Source: an uncultured Candidatus Saccharibacteria bacterium
GTDB taxonomy: Bacteria > Patescibacteriota > Minisyncoccia > RBG-13-40-8-A
Length of the DNA: 64,000 nucleotides
NCBI GenBank assembly: GCA_965231075.1
Contig: OZ246412.1
Span: forward strand, 257,587 to 321,586
Reading direction: 5' to 3'
The translations under genes and the position numbers were made by a program. Below the pieces are notes generated by a model. The model searched no databases. It was not told the DNA's origin and worked only from the letters and a program-made list of their open reading frames with translations. How positions within the stretch are numbered: the stretch's first letter is position 1; each line of letters starts with the position of its first letter. Of the stretch, positions 51,772 through 64,000 are shown piece after piece.

Positions 51772-54700
51772 TTATTTTTTTCCTTTTTTATTAGTTTCTT
51801 TGGTTGTATCAACTTCGTTGACCATGTTTATCGCGAATCCAAGTGATCGAATTTCGCTTAACAAAACATTAAACGATGATGGTAAATGTGGATTTTGGAT
51901 TGGTCTGCCTTTAATAATTGAATCATAAGCATTGGCGCGTCCAATAACATCGTCAGATTTGATGGTTAACATTTCTTGTAATGTATGAGCAGCTCCATAT
52001 CCTTCGAGTGCCCAGACTTCCATTTCTCCAAATCTCTGACCTCCAAATTGCGCCTTTCCACCAAGTGGTTGTTGGGTGATTAATGAATATGGTCCGATTG
52101 AACGCATGTGGATCTTGTCTTCAACCAAGTGATTCAATTTCAACATATAAATCTGACCAACGGTAACTTTATTGATAAACGGTTCGCCAGTTCTTCCATC
52201 ATATAATGTAACTTTTCCGCTTTCAGGAAGTCCGGCTTTTCTAAGTTCTTGTTTAATTTCTTCTTCGGTAACACCAGAAAATGGCGGACTGTATGTTCGG
52301 TAGCCTAATTTTTTAGCTGCCCAACCTAAGTGAGTTTCCAAAACTTGTCCCAAGTTCATACGAGATGCAACCCCCAATGGATTTAAAACAATTTCTACTG
52401 GCGTACCATCTTCTAGATATGGCATGTCTTGTTCGGGCAGTATTTTAGAGATGACACCCTTGTTGCCGTGTCTTCCAGCAAGTTTATCACCAATAGATAC
52501 TTTTCGGAATTGAGCAATTTCAACTTTAATGGTTTTAATAACCCCAGTTTGTAATTTGTCTCCTTTGTCTCGAGAGAAAATTTTCACACCGACAACTCTT
52601 CCGCGTTTTCCGTGTGACAATCTTAATGATGAGTCTTTGATATCTCTGGCTTTGTCGCCGAAAATAGCTCTTAATAATCTTTCTTCGGCAGTTAGATCGG
52701 TTTCACCTTTGGGTGAAATCTTTCCTACTAAAATATCGTCTGGACCAACCTCGGCACCGATTCTAATAATACCTTCCTCATCTAAATCTTTTAATCTGTC
52801 TTCCCCAACATTAGGAATATCGGGAGTGGTAACCTCTGGTCCTAATTTTGTATCACGAACATCACAAGGATATTCATCAATGTGAATTGAGCTAAATCTG
52901 TCTTCTCGAACTAATTTTTCTGATAAAACAATAGCATCTTCAAAGTTTGATCCCGACCATGATAAAAATGCGACTAATAAATTTTGCCCCAAAGCCAATT
53001 CTCCGCCTTGAGTCGAGGTACTATCAGCAAGAACATCTCCGGCTTTAACTTTCTGACCTCTCATAACAATTGGTCTCTGATGAATACAAGTGTATTCGTT
53101 GGAGCGGAAGAAATTATTTAAAGGATAATTTTTAATTGTTCCTTTTGAAGACATTACAACGTGTGCGGCATCAACTTCTTTAATTACACCATCATCTGGT
53201 GCCAACATAACCTGTCCTGAATCAACGGCAGCTTTTCTTTCGATTCCCGTTCCGACAAGTGGTGCTTGTGGATTAACCAATGGCACTGCCTGTCTCTGCA
53301 TGTTTGAACCCATAAGTGCACGATTAGAATCATCATGTTCAACAAATGGAATTAAGGCCGTAGCAATAGAGATACATTGATAAGGAGAAACATCAATATA
53401 ATCGATGTCGCTTCTGTCTACGATTCCTGGCTCACCATGAATTCTGGCTTCCACCCTTTTTTCGCCAATTTTTCCATCAGCTTCAATGTGTACGCCGGCA
53501 TGAGCAATGTTATATTTTTCTTCTTCGGAAGCATCCATATAGATGATTTCGTTGGTAATTTTTCCGTCTTTAACTTTTCTGTATGGAGTTTCGATAAATC
53601 CATAATCATTAATTTTGGCATAACTGGCCAAGTGACCAACCAAACCGATGTTTGGACCTTCGGGTGTTTCAATCGGACAAATTCTTCCATAGTGAGATGG
53701 GTGCACGTCACGCACTTCAAACCCCGCCCTTTCTTTGGTTAAACCACCTGGACCCATCGCCGACAATCTTCGTTTGTGTTCCAGTTCTGATAATGGATTA
53801 ACCTGGTTCATGAATTGTGATAATTGAGAAGATGTGAAAAATTCTTTCACTGCCGCCATTAATGGTCGAGCATTTAAAAGTTGTGCGGGAGCTAAATTAT
53901 AAGCATCCATCGTACTCATTCTGTCTCTAACGATTCTAATTGTTCTTGCCATTCCCACTCTGAATTTGTTTTGCAAAAGCTCGCCCAATGATCTTACGCG
54001 TCTATTTCCCAAGTGGTCGATATCGTCACCAACCATATCAGGATTATTGTTTAATTTAATAATTTCCTTAATCGTTGCCACCACATCTTCTTTTCTTAAA
54101 ATGCGATTGGCTGGGTCTAGTGGAGTTTTGAACCCCATTTTTAGATTTAGTTTGTATCTACCAACTTCTGACAAATCGTATCGGTCAAAATTCTTAAACA
54201 TATTCTCGATCAACTGTCGGGCGTTATCAACTGCGGCCAAGTCACCTGGTCTAATTCTTTTGTAAATTTCAATCCAAGCGTCGTCTGTGGTTTTGGCAGG
54301 ATCTTTAGCTAAAGTTTCTTTGATAAATTGAGTTTCTGGGTCATTATCAACATCTTTAAATTCTTTCAAGATTTGTTCATCGGTTTCTAAACCAAAAATT
54401 CGAAGCAATGAAGTTGCCGGCACCTTTCTTTTTCGATCAATTCTTACAACAATGGTGTTGTTGGCTTCAGTATCAAATTCTAACCAAGCGCCTCGATTAG
54501 GAATAATTTTTGCGCCATGGACTTTTCTACCTTTAATGTAACCCGTCTTAAAAAAAACACCCGCGGACCTAATCAACTGGGAAATAACAACTCTTTCCAC
54601 TCCGTTGACAATAAATGTCCCGCGGGGAGTTATCAAAGGCAAATCAGTGAGAAAAATCTCCTGTTCCTTTGTCTCGTTCGCTTTTTTGTTTACTAGTTTT

Positions 54701-54957
54701 AATTTAACCTTAAGGGGTGCTTCGTATGATAAACCGTTCTTTTTAGCCTTAAGTTCGTCGCATTTAGGTTCATCTAAATAATAGTCCTTAAAATACAAAG
54801 AAAGATCCTTACCGCCGTAATCGACGATAGGAGATATTTCATCAAAAAGTTCGCGTAATCCTTTTTCTAAAAACAATTTGTAACTGTTGAGCTGTATCTC
54901 AACTAAGTTTGGTAGTGGATATTGTTTTTTGGGATAGTTCGAAAAATATTTAATCAT
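51772..54957 (-). CDS. rpoB: RNA polymerase beta subunit
   Basis: [45 protein letters not shown]. Confidence 0.97.
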   Translation of the reverse strand: MIKYFSNYPKKQYPLPNLVEIQLNSYKLFLEKGLRELFDEISPIVDYGGKDLSLYFKDYYLDEPKCDELKAKKNGLSYEAPLKVKLKLVNKKANETKEQEIFLTDLPLITPRGTFIVNGVERVVISQLIRSAGVFFKTGYIKGRKVHGAKIIPNRGAWLEFDTEANNTIVVRIDRKRKVPATSLLRIFGLETDEQILKEFKDVDNDPETQFIKETLAKDPAKTTDDAWIEIYKRIRPGDLAAVDNARQLIENMFKNFDRYDLSEVGRYKLNLKMGFKTPLDPANRILRKEDVVATIKEIIKLNNNPDMVGDDIDHLGNRRVRSLGELLQNKFRVGMARTIRIVRDRMSTMDAYNLAPAQLLNARPLMAAVKEFFTSSQLSQFMNQVNPLSELEHKRRLSAMGPGGLTKERAGFEVRDVHPSHYGRICPIETPEGPNIGLVGHLASYAKINDYGFIETPYRKVKDGKITNEIIYMDASEEEKYNIAHAGVHIEADGKIGEKRVEARIHGEPGIVDRSDIDYIDVSPYQCISIATALIPFVEHDDSNRALMGSNMQRQAVPLVNPQAPLVGTGIERKAAVDSGQVMLAPDDGVIKEVDAAHVVMSSKGTIKNYPLNNFFRSNEYTCIHQRPIVMRGQKVKAGDVLADSTSTQGGELALGQNLLVAFLSWSGSNFEDAIVLSEKLVREDRFSSIHIDEYPCDVRDTKLGPEVTTPDIPNVGEDRLKDLDEEGIIRIGAEVGPDDILVGKISPKGETDLTAEERLLRAIFGDKARDIKDSSLRLSHGKRGRVVGVKIFSRDKGDKLQTGVIKTIKVEIAQFRKVSIGDKLAGRHGNKGVISKILPEQDMPYLEDGTPVEIVLNPLGVASRMNLGQVLETHLGWAAKKLGYRTYSPPFSGVTEEEIKQELRKAGLPESGKVTLYDGRTGEPFINKVTVGQIYMLKLNHLVEDKIHMRSIGPYSLITQQPLGGKAQFGGQRFGEMEVWALEGYGAAHTLQEMLTIKSDDVIGRANAYDSIIKGRPIQNPHLPSSFNVLLSEIRSLGFAINMVNEVDTTKETNKKGKK

Positions 54958-55053
54958 GATAACGGAGGCTTTTACCCGATTAAAAATATATTAAAATATA
55001 GAAACTGACCCTAAAATAGGGCTTCTACAGCTTTTTATATTCGTTAATTAAAT

Positions 55054-55314
55054 CTAGAAGTCAAGTGCTTGTTTGATGGCTTTCACAATTCTTTGTGACG
55101 TAAGCCCAGCTTCTTTATGACTTATTATTTTGATATCCTTAACTAATTCTATTTTAAGTTTAGCAGATTTTAAAACCTTGTCAAGTGTTAATAACAATTT
55201 ATCGGTATCTACCGTAGTTTGGCTGTAGGATTTGTTATTATTTTTGACGATTATTTCAATTGGGGATCTCCCCCGCTCCCCCGCCTTTTCTATTTTAAAT
55301 ATAATTTGTGGCAT
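55054..55314 (-). CDS. Short TsaB-N-terminal-like protein
   Basis: DKLLLTLDKVLK..I......GLTSQRI; start re-set to MPQIIF. Confidence 0.5.
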   Translation of the reverse strand: MPQIIFKIEKAGERGRSPIEIIVKNNNKSYSQTTVDTDKLLLTLDKVLKSAKLKIELVKDIKIISHKEAGLTSQRIVKAIKQALDF

Positions 55315-55385
55315 AGATGAAATATAGCAGAAAATTATTTTTTTAGCAAAATAAAAATCGGAGCCCACAAGAGGGCTCCGAGGAC

Positions 55386-55718
55386 TTATTCCCACAAATC
55401 GATTTTTTCGAGTCGTGCTTTGGTTTCTTCGATGGTTTTTGCGATCCGAAGCTTGACTTGATCTTCTCCCCAAACCATTGTCATCGCTTCAATGGTTGGC
55501 GGTTGAAATTCTTCGGGAATCACAAACTCGCAAAAAGAACAGTGCATCGTTAACGGGCTAACGGAATCACGATCGCAATTCGGACACTTGATATCCGGTA
55601 TCGATATGTGCTTGGTCCCGTCCAACGAGATGTATTGATTTTGATATCTTTTTCTGAGTTCCTCGATCCATTTTTTTACATTTTTAATGGTGTGCTCTCG
55701 CAGAGTCATAAAATCCAT
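55386..55718 (-). CDS. Zn-ribbon hypothetical protein
   Basis: CPNC..CSFC; purine-rich SD; start re-set to MDFMTL. Confidence 0.7.
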   Translation of the reverse strand: MDFMTLREHTIKNVKKWIEELRKRYQNQYISLDGTKHISIPDIKCPNCDRDSVSPLTMHCSFCEFVIPEEFQPPTIEAMTMVWGEDQVKLRIAKTIEETKARLEKIDLWE

Positions 55719-55833
55719 CTCCCTTCTCCCTTTTAATAGATTTAAGGAGCACATGCCTCCTTGATTAGATTGTAGCAAAAAGAGGTAAAATGTCAATCAA
55801 ATTAAAAATCGGGGCCACGGGGCCCCGAGAAGA

Positions 55834-56367
55834 TCAATCGAGAAGTTTATCGAATTCACCTTCCGGAAAGAGCGAACGCATAAACGCAAATTTTTCTTTG
55901 CGCCATTTTTCATACGCCAATTCTGCAAGATATTTTTTAATTTCAGCCGGTCCCACAGGGACAAGTTCTCTGGGTAAAACGTATTTACAATCAATCCAAT
56001 GACACCGCCAATTGGTTTCGGGACCTATTGAATGTGCCGCGTCACATGACGGACAAGTCATACGAATTTCTCCAGATCCACCGTTTTTGATTTTAGAAAT
56101 CATTTCTTGGAGATATTTTTTCAGAAACTCCCTGGCTCTTTCTTCGGTTCGGCCGGGAAAAGGTTCCGGAAGTCTGTTTTCCTTCCATTTTTTAACAAAA
56201 TCCCTTATCTCTGCCAATCCCACGTATTTCCAGTCTCCAAATTTAACAAACGGCGTTGGATCTTCGGATGTCGGTCCAAAATGTAGACATTCAATCCCCG
56301 CTTCTTTCAAAAGACGTTCGGCTTCACGATCTTCTTGTGTTCCGTTGGAATAAATGCTAATTTTCAT
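55834..56367 (-). CDS. Glutaredoxin-like domain plus Zn-ribbon protein
   Basis: MKISIYS..LLKEAGI..TPFV..YVGLAEI; CPSC..C...C. Confidence 0.65.
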   Translation of the reverse strand: MKISIYSNGTQEDREAERLLKEAGIECLHFGPTSEDPTPFVKFGDWKYVGLAEIRDFVKKWKENRLPEPFPGRTEERAREFLKKYLQEMISKIKNGGSGEIRMTCPSCDAAHSIGPETNWRCHWIDCKYVLPRELVPVGPAEIKKYLAELAYEKWRKEKFAFMRSLFPEGEFDKLLD

Positions 56368-56483
56368 CTTTCCCTCTCCCGTTTTTTGATTTTAAGGAGC
56401 TACGTGCCTCCTCGATTAGATTGTAGCGCGATTGTGATTTTTGTCAATTAAAAAAAGCTAGATCTAGTCGCTTTTTAAATAAA

Positions 56484-56885
56484 TTATTCTCTAATAAATT
56501 CTAAAACTTTTCTTCTGATCGCTTCTTTAAAATTAAGATAATTATCGTTTAGTTCTGTAAATTTTGGTGGATCTTGGTAGCCGGGCAGTTTAAATTTGAA
56601 GACAATATTATCTAATCGTATATCAATATTGCCTTCGGTCATAGTGTCTCCAAATTGTAGTCCGTTTTTACATATTGTATCAGAATGACCCTCTTTATTA
56701 ATAATAATTTCCATAGACGGAGAAACGATAAATGTGAAAAACTTATACGGGATTACTGATTTCAGATCTTCTTCTGATAATTTAAAATCTTCTCTGGTTA
56801 AATTTTCCAGCCTCACGCTCATCAATTTTTCCCATTCTTCGACAGACAATATTTTTAATTCTTCAATAGATTCTTTTTTTCGCAT
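56484..56885 (-). CDS. Hypothetical protein
   Basis: ORF with -10 box just upstream. Confidence 0.65.
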   Translation of the reverse strand: MRKKESIEELKILSVEEWEKLMSVRLENLTREDFKLSEEDLKSVIPYKFFTFIVSPSMEIIINKEGHSDTICKNGLQFGDTMTEGNIDIRLDNIVFKFKLPGYQDPPKFTELNDNYLNFKEAIRRKVLEFIRE

Positions 56886-57058
56886 ATTATTATATTACGA
56901 CATTGCAAGTCGTAATTGGTTTTTAATCAAAAAAACGTCGATTAATACAATTTCATTATACGTCGTGATAAACGCTTGGTCAACTTGTTGATGGAAATTA
57001 AAAAGGGTGCGGCGTTGTGCCCGCACCCCGTTATTCTATTGTTCCCCCCCCCTTTTTT

Positions 57059-57484
57059 TTAGATCTTGCGGAAGTAGAGACAGTTGTCATCTCCCGCGAC
57101 GAGAGCCCAGCCCTTTTCGAGCATGATATCAAGCTCCCTCGCTTCCCAGGTCCAATCATCCTTATCGCCAATTGCGAAGTTGGTTGCGAAGACAACGTGT
57201 TCTTTGATATCGTCCCACGTAGAAGGTCTTTCGTCCTCTTCGTCCTCGTTGTCCTCCTCGTTATCCTCGTCAACTTCTTCGTCGACTTCGTCATCGGCTT
57301 CGTCGTCTGCGCCGTTTTCTTCGTCGACGACATCCTTTTCTCGAAGCTCGGATACGGGAGTCACAATTACTCCCGGATATCCTTGTTGCGATTTAGGCCG
57401 GTCCCGGCGCTGCAGAAAAAACACGATGATTACAACGACGATGATGACGACCCACCAACCCAGAGAAATTCCCAAAAAGTTCAT
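57059..57484 (-). CDS. Membrane-anchored protein with acidic low-complexity tract
   Basis: AAGGAG SD, TM, D/E run, own promoter and terminator. Confidence 0.7.
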   Translation of the reverse strand: MNFLGISLGWWVVIIVVVIIVFFLQRRDRPKSQQGYPGVIVTPVSELREKDVVDEENGADDEADDEVDEEVDEDNEEDNEDEEDERPSTWDDIKEHVVFATNFAIGDKDDWTWEARELDIMLEKGWALVAGDDNCLYFRKI

Positions 57485-57592
57485 GTCACACTCCTTTGTT
57501 TGCGTACTTCGTAACTTTTACATTATACACCTAAATTATGTATTTGTCAATACTTAGTTGAAAATAAAAAAGGGGCCGAAGCCCCCGAAAGA

Positions 57593-57757
57593 TCACCAGA
57601 ACCGGAAAATACTTCTGTCGAGACTTTCGCGAACGTTCTGCCAGAACTTCATTCGAGCCTGGTGTCTGGCCATCCTCGTTTGTTTCCCGTTGAGCTTATC
57701 GCTCCCATTCCCCTTGCTCGCCCTTTGGTTCGACTTTCCGAAATTTAAATTTTTCAT
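57593..57757 (-). CDS. Small basic protein (54 aa)
   Basis: Not in ORF track; AAGGAG SD; MKNLNFGKS..SIFRFW; terminator ggggccgaagcccc. Confidence 0.6.
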   Translation of the reverse strand: MKNLNFGKSNQRASKGNGSDKLNGKQTRMARHQARMKFWQNVRESLDRSIFRFW

Positions 57758-57887
57758 CTCCGCTCCTTCGATTTAAAGATATTTATATATTAATATATTA
57801 TCTATTTGAAGTCAATTAAAAAGGAGGCATTGCTCTTGCGAGCCTTGCCTCCAGGGCGAATGTGGTCGGGTGCCAGCCGGTCAGGGT

Positions 57888-58190
57888 TCAGTACTTGTGA
57901 AATCCCCTGCGAACCAGGTAGCCATCGTAATAGCCGACCCGGCCACTGCCATCCACGTCCGCGACCCACAGCACCTTCTTGCTGTTGGGATCTTGGGGGA
58001 GATAGGGCGCGACTCCCACGACCACGAGCTTGGTGGAACACGAGAGCGACCCGTCCTTGATCCGGTCGCCGGACCGGAAGCCGAAGGGCAGGCAGGCCTC
58101 GTCGGAGGTGTCCACCAGGAACACCTGGCCCCCGTACGCCATGACTTCCTTCATCTTGCCATCACCCACGATTCTCCGAAAAATGTCCAT
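57888..58190 (-). CDS. Hypothetical protein
   Basis: AGGAGG SD; TTGACA..TGCTATAAT at ~58260-58288. Confidence 0.7.
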   Translation of the reverse strand: MDIFRRIVGDGKMKEVMAYGGQVFLVDTSDEACLPFGFRSGDRIKDGSLSCSTKLVVVGVAPYLPQDPNSKKVLWVADVDGSGRVGYYDGYLVRRGFHKY

Positions 58191-58381
58191 GGTTCCTCCT
58201 TGAACCTAATCGAGATTTGATAAGTAGCTGGATATTGCACCAACCACCCTCATGTAGTAATTATAGCATACTGGTAAAATTTGTCAATAGTAGTAGGTGT
58301 AGATTCTATATTTGGTGGTATTTTTAATTTGTGCTATACTGTAAATAAAGGTCTTTTAATAAATCAAGTAAAACAATTTTT

Positions 58382-58645
58382 ATGGCGACAAAAAGAAAAC
58401 CAAATGCAGCTTTCATGAAACCATTGAAAGTGAGCGAAGAACTTGCATTGGTAGTCGGAAAAGGTCCTATGCCGAGATCAGAAGTTGTTAAAAAACTTTG
58501 GGCATACATCAAGAAGAACAAACTTCAAGATGATAAAAACAAACGAAACATCAATGCTGATGCAAACTTAAAGGCAGTATTTGCTGGAAAAGGAACTGTG
58601 AACATGTTTGAAATGACCAAGCTTGTTTCAAAACACCTTTCGTAG
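58382..58645 (+). CDS. SWIB/MDM2 domain protein
   Basis: RSEVVKKLWAYIKKNKLQD, MFEMTKLVSKHL. Confidence 0.93.
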   Translation: MATKRKPNAAFMKPLKVSEELALVVGKGPMPRSEVVKKLWAYIKKNKLQDDKNKRNINADANLKAVFAGKGTVNMFEMTKLVSKHLS

Positions 58646-58729
58646 TACTCATTTTAAATTGTATACGATTTAAAAACAAAAATACCCCCGCAACGCGGGG
58701 GATTTTTGTTTGTTCCTCATCTTTCTCCT

Positions 58730-58867
58730 AATTAAAATTTATTCTGCGCTGAGACAACTTCGCAGGCAAAATGCATGGTTTCGCCGATAGGCGAAATTTT
58801 GCCGAGAATTAGTGCGATTTCCCGCTGGGAAATCGACACGTGTCGACATGCAGAATAAATTTTAATT
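58730..58867. mobile_element. MITE-like element, perfect 18-bp terminal IR
   Basis: aattaaaatttattctgc / gcagaataaattttaatt enclosing GC hairpins. Confidence 0.7.
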
Positions 58868-58869
58868 CT

Positions 58870-59955
58870 TTATTTTTCTCGTATCGCAATACTCTGAATA
58901 ATTCCCAGCGCTACAAAATTAATCAATAAATTGCTTCCACCATAACTAATAAATGGCAAAGGAATTCCCGTAATCGGCAAAACACCCAGATTCATACCAA
59001 TATTTACAAATGTTTGGAAAGCCAAAACAATTGCCGTTCCCACACAAAACAATCTCGCAAAATTATTTTCGGCCCTAATCGCAATTTTAATAATTCTAAA
59101 AAATAACAGAAAATATAATATGAAAACAATTATCAGTCCTGCAAATCCCCATTCTTCACCGATCGATGCAAAAATAAAATCAGTATGTTGTTCGGGCAAA
59201 AAATTTAATTGTGATTGTGGCCCATGACCCAACCCTCTGCCCCAAAACTGCCCCGAACCAATTGCAATCATAGATTGAATGCGGTGATAACCACTTCCTT
59301 GTGGGTCTAGGTAGGGATTAATAAAACCCGTGATTCTATTTTTTTGATAGGGTTTTAAAACACCAATCCAGGCAACTCCAAATAAAATCGCTCCGATTAA
59401 GAATAAAAGCAGAAGTTGTCTTAATTTGATTCCCGCAATTATCATTACTCCCAACCAAAGAAAAACTAGAACCATTGCCGAACCCATGTCTGGCTGAAGA
59501 AAAACCAACCCCACAACTAGGGCGGTATAAATCCCAGAAATAATAATGTGCTTTATGCGATATAGTTCAATGTGTCTAAGAGAAAAGTATTGTGCAAAAA
59601 TTAAAATCATCACAAGCTTGGCAATTTCTACTGGTTCAATGTTTATAAAACCCAAACTAAACCAACTTGCCGCTCCCCTGGATTTGCCCACAAACAAAAC
59701 CGCAACCAAAAGAATCGCAACAATAAAATAGAAGATTAAAAGCAATGTGGGATGGTTCCTGAAAAGTCGATAATCAATAAATGCAAAAATCAACATTAAA
59801 GCCATGCCAGCGACAATAAAACCTGCCTGTTTATAAAAATAACTCTTTTCGTGATAAAAAGAGGTACTATAGATCGACATTATGCCAATGGTTAATAAAA
59901 GCAAGACAGACGCGATTAGTATCCAATCAAGTTTTTTAAGAAAATATAAAAACAT
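58870..59955 (-). CDS. rodA: SEDS peptidoglycan polymerase RodA
   Basis: LQPDMG, DPQGSGYH..QS.IAIGSG, FLPEQHTDFIF, TGIPLPFISYGGS. Confidence 0.93.
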   Translation of the reverse strand: MFLYFLKKLDWILIASVLLLLTIGIMSIYSTSFYHEKSYFYKQAGFIVAGMALMLIFAFIDYRLFRNHPTLLLIFYFIVAILLVAVLFVGKSRGAASWFSLGFINIEPVEIAKLVMILIFAQYFSLRHIELYRIKHIIISGIYTALVVGLVFLQPDMGSAMVLVFLWLGVMIIAGIKLRQLLLLFLIGAILFGVAWIGVLKPYQKNRITGFINPYLDPQGSGYHRIQSMIAIGSGQFWGRGLGHGPQSQLNFLPEQHTDFIFASIGEEWGFAGLIIVFILYFLLFFRIIKIAIRAENNFARLFCVGTAIVLAFQTFVNIGMNLGVLPITGIPLPFISYGGSNLLINFVALGIIQSIAIREK

Positions 59956-60017
59956 GTCAATTTAATACTAACAAAAATTAGCGCGGGCTTCCAGCCCGCG
60001 CTAATAATATCTATAAA

Positions 60018-60200
60018 TTATTTTTCTTCTTCTGGAAAATCCTCCGGCATACTGTCTTTATCTGGTTCTAACTTTTCAGGCATTGTGTCTGGTGGAATTT
60101 CGCCTTCTTCGGGAATTGTTGTCGGTTCACAGTCGCAATGACCACCTCCGCAACACGACTCTTCTCTTTTTTTAAACAATTTCTTTAAAAATTCTCCCAT
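60018..60200 (-). CDS. Small acidic Cys-motif protein
   Basis: CCGGGHCDC; terminator 59978-60005. Confidence 0.55.
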   Translation of the reverse strand: MGEFLKKLFKKREESCCGGGHCDCEPTTIPEEGEIPPDTMPEKLEPDKDSMPEDFPEEEK

Positions 60201-60245
60201 AATTTTGTTGGCCCAATTTGTGGCACTTTACTTGTTTTTTAATTA

Positions 60246-61046
60246 TTATTCTATAGTGTTCGAACTGTTTTGAGCTTTGATAAAATTTTCATCAAGAAAA
60301 ACATTAATATAAGATCTAATTTCAAATGATTTGACTTCTTCCGAAATAATATATGGCCAATTCATTTCAAATCCTCTGATTTCATTTTTTAGAAATGTGT
60401 TCATTGTGGTTTTGCCAACAGCAATAATTTCGCTTTGGTTGTTGAATAACACACCGACAATTTCAATTTTATTTAAATCGTAACTGGTTTTATTTTCAAT
60501 TGCGCCAACAAGTCTGCTGTAACCACTTTCTGTGATTTGGTATTCTGAATTTTTATTTCTAATTTCTAGATTGCTGAATTCCGAAGGTTTTTTCCAAACG
60601 ATATCTAAAAGTTTTATCTCGATTCTAGCAATTTGTTTTTCTGCAAGAATTTTTTGTTCAACAATATATTTGGTTTCTTGTGGTAAAATATAGGTTTTAT
60701 TAATTTTAGTATCAATTAGTTGATTTTCGGCGTCATATAAATTAATTTGACAATCCATTGATTCTACCGCCCACACAATATTAGGGTTTTTTATTCTAAT
60801 AATAATATCATAATTATTGTCTATTGTGGGTATAAATTTTTCTAAAATAATTTGCAGGTCTTCGATTTTTTTACATTGACCACAGGGCCCACCACAATCA
60901 ACATCTTCTTCGTTTTGATTTTTAATCCCGTCGAAACAGGTTGGTCCGGTTGGTTTATTAATAAAATAAATTCCAACAACAATAATCGCAATAATTATCA
61001 AGTAAACAATTCCAATTTTAAGTTGTTTTCCGAAATATTTACTCAT
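60246..61046 (-). CDS. Membrane-anchored protein (Cys-rich motif plus FxLYD-like domains)
   Basis: TCFDGIKNQNEEDVDCGGPC; INLYD. Confidence 0.75.
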   Translation of the reverse strand: MSKYFGKQLKIGIVYLIIIAIIVVGIYFINKPTGPTCFDGIKNQNEEDVDCGGPCGQCKKIEDLQIILEKFIPTIDNNYDIIIRIKNPNIVWAVESMDCQINLYDAENQLIDTKINKTYILPQETKYIVEQKILAEKQIARIEIKLLDIVWKKPSEFSNLEIRNKNSEYQITESGYSRLVGAIENKTSYDLNKIEIVGVLFNNQSEIIAVGKTTMNTFLKNEIRGFEMNWPYIISEEVKSFEIRSYINVFLDENFIKAQNSSNTIE

Positions 61047-61130
61047 TGATTACAGTATAGCAAATTTTGTTAAAAACAAAAACACCTCACAGTATGAGAT
61101 GTTTTTTGTTTTTTTTGAAATTGTGATTAT

Positions 61131-61241
61131 TGTAGGAGGGTCACCTACTCTTGCGGTAATCCGCTACCATCGGCCTTGAAGGATTTCACTTCTGTGTTCG
61201 GAATGGGAACAGGTGGAGCACCCCAAGTATAACCCCCTTAC
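61131..61241 (-). rRNA. rrf: 5S rRNA
   Basis: CACCTGTTCCCATTCCGAACACAGAAGTGAA..GCCGATGGTAG..GAGTAGG; flanked by an extended stem. Confidence 0.93.
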
Positions 61242-61270
61242 AATAATCACAATTTATTTCAAGTTTATTT

Positions 61271-61392
61271 TTAGATAAAAATTATTTTTTAAGAAGACCG
61301 CATCGGAAGCCGACCGCAGTCGGCTGAGATAGAGTGTGATTTTTAAATTTTAAAAATCAACACGTGTCTTCGTAAAAATAGTTTTTATCTAA
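61271..61392. mobile_element. MITE-like element in the 23S-5S spacer
   Basis: Imperfect ~27-bp IR ttagataaaaa..gaagac / gtcttcg..tttttatctaa; core shared with the 58730 element. Confidence 0.6.
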
Positions 61393-61422
61393 GTGTAGTG
61401 TCCACAAATTGCCAGCCTAATT

Positions 61423-64000
<2,578 letters not shown>

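Noticed and set aside
57017-57557. Multiple overlapping ORFs over the acidic protein
   Set aside because: Artefact of a GC-rich low-complexity GAC/GAG codon tract

Overview
AT-rich, gene-dense bacterial chromosomal segment. Gene content and style point by inference to Patescibacteria/CPR, Parcubacteria-like: cupin-type glucose-6-phosphate isomerase, SWIB protein, short TsaB-like ORF, and -10 boxes directly upstream of start codons. Core genes are rarA, obgE, radC, tgt, rpoD, dnaG, htpX, lemA, secG, trpS, rpsF-ssb-rpsR, recA, ftsK, rpoB-rpoC and rodA, plus tRNA-Asn/Ser/Leu, 5S rRNA and a partial 23S rRNA. These are interleaved with accessory DNA: a long minus-strand run of small genes, a type I R-M locus carrying three cargo genes (including an ABC-ATPase-HEPN protein) with a toxin-antitoxin pair, and many self-contained GC-richer mini-cassettes. 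Most notable observations: (i) two small GIY-YIG genes that look like minimal mobile elements, one with terminal inverted repeats and a non-autonomous copy, one inserted at tRNA-Asn; (ii) several families of short palindromic elements, one inserted in frame in rpoD; (iii) a ~330-nt multi-helix candidate ncRNA with its own promoter and terminator; (iv) a GT2 glycosyltransferase fused to a BpsA-like domain, coupled to a queuosine-precursor transporter. All calls come from motif reading only; no database searches were run.
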